Shown here: positions 58,979 through 64,000 of the stretch, in pieces
Numbering within the stretch: position 1 is the first letter of the stretch
Layout: every line of letters begins with the position of its first letter
Assembly: GCA_016186795.1 (NCBI GenBank)
Contig: JACPKY010000002.1
Coordinates: forward strand, 218,593-282,592
Direction of reading: 5' to 3'
Length of the DNA: 64,000 nucleotides
Source: Candidatus Gottesmanbacteria bacterium
Lineage (GTDB): Bacteria; Patescibacteriota; Microgenomatia; 2-02-FULL-39-11
Program-made: the position numbers and the translations under genes
The notes under the pieces: model-generated
Told to the model about the DNA's origin: nothing
The model's input: the letters and a program-made list of their open reading frames with translations, nothing else
The model's database searches: none

Positions 58979-61900
58979 TTACTCCCGAAGTAAGTCAAGA
59001 CGTTTCATGTCATCAACAATGATACTGAGTCGATCATCTTTTTCGCTCACCTTCCCTTTTACAATTACTGGCTGATCACGCCTCCATAAATCCTTCGTGC
59101 GCTCATAGACAGATGGGAACACAATAAGCTCAATTGCTCCGGTAAGATCATCTATTTTTACAAACGCCATCTCACTACTATTTTTCCGCGTAATAATTTT
59201 TTTGACCTGCGTAATAATTCCACCAACAATAACAAGATTTTGCGTAAATGTGAGTGCGTTAATTCTATGTGTCACTTTTTTCTCTAAAATAGGTAAATAT
59301 GGTGAAAGTGGATGTTCAGAAAGATACACACCAAGAAGCTCTTTTTCGAAAAGAAGCAATTCTTCGCGCGAGAGTTCCTCTACTTCTGGAAGAATATCTT
59401 TGATGGAATTGACACTTTCATCATCGGCAAATAAGCTTACTTGTCCTTCGATTTTTTTACTGTTTGTCGTATGTACACGCTCCACAATCTGTGGAAATGC
59501 ACTAAGTAAAGCTGCGCGTTTGCCAAAATGATCAAATGCTCCTGCTTTAATAAGACTCTCCAGAGTTTTTCGGGTAACCTTCGAAAGGTCAACTCGCGAT
59601 ACAAAATCGGTAAATGAGAGAAATGGCCCACCTTTTCCACGAGCGGCAAGAATTGAATCAATAGCGGCCGTCCCTACATTTTTAATTGCCGAAAGTCCAA
59701 AACTTATTTTCCCTTGCTCACTTTTTTTCTCAGAAGGGACGATTGTAAATTCGATATCAGATACATTTATATCCGGTGGAAGGAGATCTATTTTCATCCT
59801 CCGGCACTCGGCAATTGCTTGTGCAACTTTTTCATCACTTGTTGGTCCGGAACTACTCCGGCTTTCTGCAGTTAATACTGCGGTCATAAATTCCACTTTA
59901 TATTTCGCCTTCATGTATGCCGTCTGGTAAGCAATAAGTGCATACGAGGCGGAATGGGCTTTGTTAAATCCATATCCAACAAACTTTTCGATGAGAGAGA
60001 AAACATTTTCCGCAACTTTCTTGCTATATCCTTTTTTGATGCATCCGTTGATAAACTTTTCTTTTTCTCGCCTCATAACTTCCGGTTTTTTCTTGCCAAT
60101 TGCCATTCGAAGTTTGTCCGCTTCAACCATCGTGTATCCTGCAAGACTATTTGCTATCTGCATGCACTGCTCCTGATAAACAGCAATACCGTATGTTTCG
60201 GAAAGGATGGGTTTAAGATCTGGATGCGGGTATTTAATTTTGGCAGGATTTTCCTTTGCTTCAATAAATGTAGGAATCCAATCCATTGGCCCAGGTCTGA
60301 AAAGCGCAACCATGGCTGCAATATCAGAAAATTTTGTAGGTTTAAGGTCTCGTGCTAACCTTCTCATTCCTCCGGATTCAAGCTGGAAAATACCAGTTGT
60401 TTCCCCTGACGTTATAAGAGTATACACTTCCCGATCGTCCAAAGGTATTGTTTGGAGATTAACTTCAAATTCTCTGGTAAACTTGACGAATTGAATACAG
60501 TTTTCAAGGATAGTTAGATTGCGAAGTCCTAAAAGATCCATCTTGAGAAGCCCAACAGCTTTCCCATCGGCAGCATTCAGATCCAAGCAGTACATATCAT
60601 ATTGCGTAATAATCCGATCACCCTTAGTTTCTTTTTGTAATGGGGTATATGAGGTGAGAGGTTTATCAGAAATGACTACTCCTGCGGCATGAAGCGATGC
60701 ATGACGGGAAACTCCTTCGAGCTTTTTGGCAAGATCCAAAAGTCTTTTTGTTTCTGGCTCTTCCGTATATGCCTGATTTAACTCAGGAGTTAACTCCAAT
60801 GCCTTATTTATCGTCATTGGAAATCCTTGAGCGCCCGGTGGAATCATTTTCGCAATTCGATCAGGTTGCGCATACGGCATCCCAAGAGCACGTCCGACAT
60901 CTCGTACTGCTTGCCGGGCCTCCATTGTGCCAAAAGTAATAATTTGTGCTACCTTATCGCTTCCGTATTTCTCGGTCACATAGGCGATGACTTCATCCCT
61001 GCGATCATCGGCAAAGTCAAGATCGATATCCGGAGGAGAGGGTCTATCGGGATTTAAGAACCGCTCAAAAGGAAGTTGATGGAACAATGGATCAAGTTCA
61101 GTAATCCCCATCGAGTAGGCAACAAGACTTCCTGCCGCCGATCCCCGCCCCGGACCCACAGCAATTCCTTTCCGTTTTGCCCAGTTGACGAAATCTGCAA
61201 CAATGAGAAAGTAGGTAGCGTACCCTTTTTGCAGAATAATTCCCAGTTCATACTCAAGCCGCGTATCCAATTCATTGGTTTTTCGTTTGAAACGTGTGGA
61301 AAGCCCGTCTCTTGCTAGTTTTTTCAAGTATGATTCGGGAGTAGATCCCACTGGCACGTCGAATTCAGGAAGAATCCATTTCCCCAAATCAATATTTACG
61401 TTACACATCTCGGCAATTTTGACAGTATTGGCAAGAGCTTCAGGATATTTCAGAAACTGTCCTTTCATTTCCTCGATTGATTTCAAATAGAAATCAGGCG
61501 ATGAAATCATAGATAACGGTCTCTTGGAATCAAGTATTGATCGTTGTGTCTGAACACAGAGAAGAATTTCTTGTGCCTCGGCATCCTCGGCCTTAATATA
61601 GTGCGAATCATTCGTGGCAACTAATGGTATTGCCAAATTCCGAGACAGCTCCACAATCTTTTTGTTCACAATTTCCTGTTCGGGAATTTTTGGATGACTT
61701 TGCAGTTCCAAAAAAAAGTTACCATCGCCAAAAATATCAACAAATTCCCGAGTTCTCCGTTCTGCTTGTTGATCCTGATTCGTTAACAGAAGATGTGGTA
61801 TTTCGCCATTTAAACATGCTGAAAGGCCAATAATTCCTTCGCAGTGGTCACGCAGGATCTGAAGGTCAATACGGGGTTTATAGTAGTACCCTTCAAGATG

Positions 61901-62227
61901 AGCATGGGTTATGAGTCGCATAAGATTCTGATACCCAACATTATTTTTTGCAAGGAGAACAAGATGATACTGATCACTGTCGATCCCAGATTGTTTATCG
62001 AATCTGCTTCTGCTTGCTTGGTATGCTTCCACCCCAATAATTGGCTTGATACCGGCCTCTTTTGCTTTGAGGAAAAATTTAATCGCTCCGTACATTGCAC
62101 CATGGTCAGTAAGGGCTAATGCATCCATTCCTAGTTCTTTTATGCGTTTAAGCATGTCGGGGATCTTAGAAAGCCCATCAAGAAGGGAGTATTCACTATG
62201 AGTATGAAGATGAACAAATTCGGACAT
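58979..62227 (-). CDS. dnaE: DNA polymerase III alpha subunit
   Basis: PHP domain start MSEFVHLHTHSEYSLLDGLSKI, polymerase core, and a C-terminal OB-fold. Start taken at the internal Met. Confidence 0.9.
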   Translation of the reverse strand: MSEFVHLHTHSEYSLLDGLSKIPDMLKRIKELGMDALALTDHGAMYGAIKFFLKAKEAGIKPIIGVEAYQASRSRFDKQSGIDSDQYHLVLLAKNNVGYQNLMRLITHAHLEGYYYKPRIDLQILRDHCEGIIGLSACLNGEIPHLLLTNQDQQAERRTREFVDIFGDGNFFLELQSHPKIPEQEIVNKKIVELSRNLAIPLVATNDSHYIKAEDAEAQEILLCVQTQRSILDSKRPLSMISSPDFYLKSIEEMKGQFLKYPEALANTVKIAEMCNVNIDLGKWILPEFDVPVGSTPESYLKKLARDGLSTRFKRKTNELDTRLEYELGIILQKGYATYFLIVADFVNWAKRKGIAVGPGRGSAAGSLVAYSMGITELDPLFHQLPFERFLNPDRPSPPDIDLDFADDRRDEVIAYVTEKYGSDKVAQIITFGTMEARQAVRDVGRALGMPYAQPDRIAKMIPPGAQGFPMTINKALELTPELNQAYTEEPETKRLLDLAKKLEGVSRHASLHAAGVVISDKPLTSYTPLQKETKGDRIITQYDMYCLDLNAADGKAVGLLKMDLLGLRNLTILENCIQFVKFTREFEVNLQTIPLDDREVYTLITSGETTGIFQLESGGMRRLARDLKPTKFSDIAAMVALFRPGPMDWIPTFIEAKENPAKIKYPHPDLKPILSETYGIAVYQEQCMQIANSLAGYTMVEADKLRMAIGKKKPEVMRREKEKFINGCIKKGYSKKVAENVFSLIEKFVGYGFNKAHSASYALIAYQTAYMKAKYKVEFMTAVLTAESRSSSGPTSDEKVAQAIAECRRMKIDLLPPDINVSDIEFTIVPSEKKSEQGKISFGLSAIKNVGTAAIDSILAARGKGGPFLSFTDFVSRVDLSKVTRKTLESLIKAGAFDHFGKRAALLSAFPQIVERVHTTNSKKIEGQVSLFADDESVNSIKDILPEVEELSREELLLFEKELLGVYLSEHPLSPYLPILEKKVTHRINALTFTQNLVIVGGIITQVKKIITRKNSSEMAFVKIDDLTGAIELIVFPSVYERTKDLWRRDQPVIVKGKVSEKDDRLSIIVDDMKRLDLLRE

Positions 62228-62228
62228 A

Positions 62229-63203
62229 CTACACAAAAACTTTCTCAAATAATTTATCTAGAGATATAAGACCTTCCTTTTCGAGTTCTCCGATTGATTG
62301 TGTCAGTTGATTTACAAAAGGATAATGCGTATCAATATCTTGTCTTTCTAATTTCGTTGATAAAAAAAGCGCGCTTCTAAAAAAAGATAATTCAATAATC
62401 ATTCCTAATACATTCGTTGAGATTCGTTTATCCCCCCATTCGTCCTTTATTTTATCGCGGAATTGTGGTGGAGTCAGGTTGGATAGTTCTTTTATTGGCG
62501 GGAAAGCAAGAATATCTTTGACAGCCTTAAAAAAATGTGCGTGATGTTCTGCTTCTCTGGTCATTCTATCGTACAACCGGTTTGCCTTATTTCCTGAATC
62601 TTTTGCAACCCAACCTCTTGCACCTTCTAACTCCTTTGCAATGAGTGGATTGTCTTGGTCGATTAGACCGTACGATGTTGTGAAGGTGAATGGTGGATCT
62701 TTAATATCTACTTTTGCACTTTCTAATCCATCTAAGTTCTTTTTAATACTTTCTGTTTCTTCATCAGTTGCTCCAAAAATCCAAATAGATACTTCATCAG
62801 CAGCATGAGTCGGCCGGACGATTACTATTTTTGCTTTACTTTCATGAGGCAACCCCCGGTCAAGAAGTTTCAACGCTTTTGCAGCAGATAATTCTATACA
62901 AACATCACCGAAAGCCTTGCTTGATTTATTTGCATACTTGAGATTATCAGCATCGACATGAATATACATAAAGTTTTGTCCTTCGCGGATAGCCTCGGAT
63001 AAATCGGATATAATTGATTCTTCACCTTCTAACTCAAGAATGGGAAGACCTGTCAATCTATCAAGTTTCGGCTGCAAACCACTTCGATTTGAAACGACAT
63101 GGGCTCCCTGAAAGCGGGGTGGAATCACTAACGATTCTCCTACTTGGATTAACTGAGGTATAACTTGATCTCGAATAGCTTGTGATTGTGGTGTCTCTAT
63201 CAC
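62229..63203 (-). CDS. GGDEF-like domain protein with a degenerate active site (AADEV in place of GGDEF/GGEEF), plus an unassigned C-terminal domain
   Basis: KLDRLTGLP (compare the GGDEF start D.LTGL.NR). FMYIHVDADNLKYANKSSKAFGDVCI (compare lllDlDhFKriNDtyGHaaGD.vL). VRPTHAADEVSIWIF (compare aRlGGDEFavll). TFTTSYGLI (compare vtaSiGva). Confidence 0.5.
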   Translation of the reverse strand: MIETPQSQAIRDQVIPQLIQVGESLVIPPRFQGAHVVSNRSGLQPKLDRLTGLPILELEGEESIISDLSEAIREGQNFMYIHVDADNLKYANKSSKAFGDVCIELSAAKALKLLDRGLPHESKAKIVIVRPTHAADEVSIWIFGATDEETESIKKNLDGLESAKVDIKDPPFTFTTSYGLIDQDNPLIAKELEGARGWVAKDSGNKANRLYDRMTREAEHHAHFFKAVKDILAFPPIKELSNLTPPQFRDKIKDEWGDKRISTNVLGMIIELSFFRSALFLSTKLERQDIDTHYPFVNQLTQSIGELEKEGLISLDKLFEKVFV

Positions 63204-63206
63204 TTT

Positions 63207-64000
63207 TTAACCTAAATTTTTTTTAAGAAGTTTTTTTGCGGTTTCCGCATCAATTCTACCAGATGTTTTCCGCATAAGTTGCCCGAGTAGAAACATCAAT
63301 GCATTTTCTTTTCCAGATTTATAGTCTTGTACAGCTTTTTCATTTTCTGAAATAGTTTGCTTTATAATATCCACCACCTCTTTCTCATCCATCGCTGGTT
63401 TCTTTAAAGTCTTCGCAATCTGATTTATAAACTCGCCCGGAAGAACCTTTTCAATAGTAACTTTCTTATTAATCATCCAATTTGCAATTGTTTTTGGTTG
63501 AATATCTTTTCCCATTTTTATTGAATTCTCAAAATAATTGGCAACCGCAACTTCATCGGTCAAAATTGCACTGTCATATTCTGAGAGTCCATACTCCTTC
63601 ATGAAACGAGCAATCTTTTCACCAGGAAGTTCAGGAAGACTTTCTTTCAAGCTTTGTAAGTATTTTTCGGTCCAGCGTATGGGAGGGATATCTGGTTCGG
63701 GAAAATACCGATAGTCATGGGCTTCTTCTTTACTCCGCTGAGAAAAAGTTACACCTTTCTTCTCATCCCACCCTCGAGTTTCTTGTTTTGGCACTTGCCC
63801 CTTTTCTAGAATCTCAGTATGTCTTTTTACTTCATAATCAATTGCTTTTTTGGCAAATTTGAAAGAGTTAATATTTTTTACTTCTACTTTATATTTGGGT
63901 AAATCTCCTTCTCCAATTTTTCTTTCTGAAATATTTGGCTCAAGACGCATCGATCCCTTTTCCATATCAGCATCAGAAATTCCGATGTATCGAATCACCT
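63207..64000 (-). CDS. gatB: Asp/Glu-tRNA(Asn/Gln) amidotransferase subunit B; the C-terminal half is in the window and the N-terminus lies beyond the window end
   Basis: MEKGSMRLEPNIS...EVKNINSFKFAKKAIDYEVKRH...ETRGWDEKKGVTFSQRSKEEAHDYRYFPEPDIPP, then the GatB/YqeY C-terminal domain (ANWMI...FLLGQLMRKTSGRID). Confidence 0.85.
   Translation of the reverse strand, partial: VIRYIGISDADMEKGSMRLEPNISERKIGEGDLPKYKVEVKNINSFKFAKKAIDYEVKRHTEILEKGQVPKQETRGWDEKKGVTFSQRSKEEAHDYRYFPEPDIPPIRWTEKYLQSLKESLPELPGEKIARFMKEYGLSEYDSAILTDEVAVANYFENSIKMGKDIQPKTIANWMINKKVTIEKVLPGEFINQIAKTLKKPAMDEKEVVDIIKQTISENEKAVQDYKSGKENALMFLLGQLMRKTSGRIDAETAKKLLKKNLG

Overview
AT-rich bacterial chromosome segment of about 64 kb. 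It is very gene-dense, with many 1-4 nt start/stop overlaps. I found no rRNA, CRISPR array, transposase or integrase.

The first ~24 kb is a mixed, accessory-like region on both strands. It holds a phosphomannomutase (partial), a HolA-like protein, an HExxH protein, an MFP+RND efflux pair, a TauE/SafE exporter and YchF. It also holds a membrane-anchored GH5 glycosidase, an ABC exporter followed by a small peptide built on a 9-bp tandem repeat, a Cys-rich mini-protein, DedA and TypA. The rest of that region holds an acyltransferase-3 protein, a tryptophanase, tRNA-Glu, a PfkB kinase, YraN, L19, Fe/Mn-SOD, tRNA-Lys with a near-consensus promoter, an orphan protein and an ABC-2 transporter.

From ~24.5 kb to the window end almost everything lies on the minus strand in one ~40-kb array. 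The one exception is an aspartase-like gene on the plus strand at 44.8-46.2 kb inside the pyrimidine block. The array runs gatB (partial), a degenerate-GGDEF protein, dnaE, a complete F-type ATP synthase operon (atpZ-like, a, c, b, a short delta, alpha, gamma, beta, epsilon), then carA-carB-pyrB-pyrC. It continues with pyrD, an EamA-like transporter, pyrF-pyrE-pyrG and a de novo purine block. The purine block is purC, purE, purF, glyA, purN, a purD-purM fusion, an M20 hydrolase, two archaeal-type purP paralogs, purB, an unassigned 270-aa ORF, purA and guaB.

The most notable points are these:
- Archaeal PurP stands in for PurH, and an unassigned ORF sits where an IMP cyclohydrolase is expected.
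- purD and purM are fused, and an M20 hydrolase is embedded in the purine operon.
- A GGDEF-like protein has the motif replaced by AADEV.
- A 9-bp minisatellite encodes an (X-P-L)n tail after an ABC exporter.
- The ATP synthase delta subunit is truncated.
- A terminator-like hairpin sits directly at the typA start codon.

All functional calls rest on motif recognition by eye. No database searches were possible.
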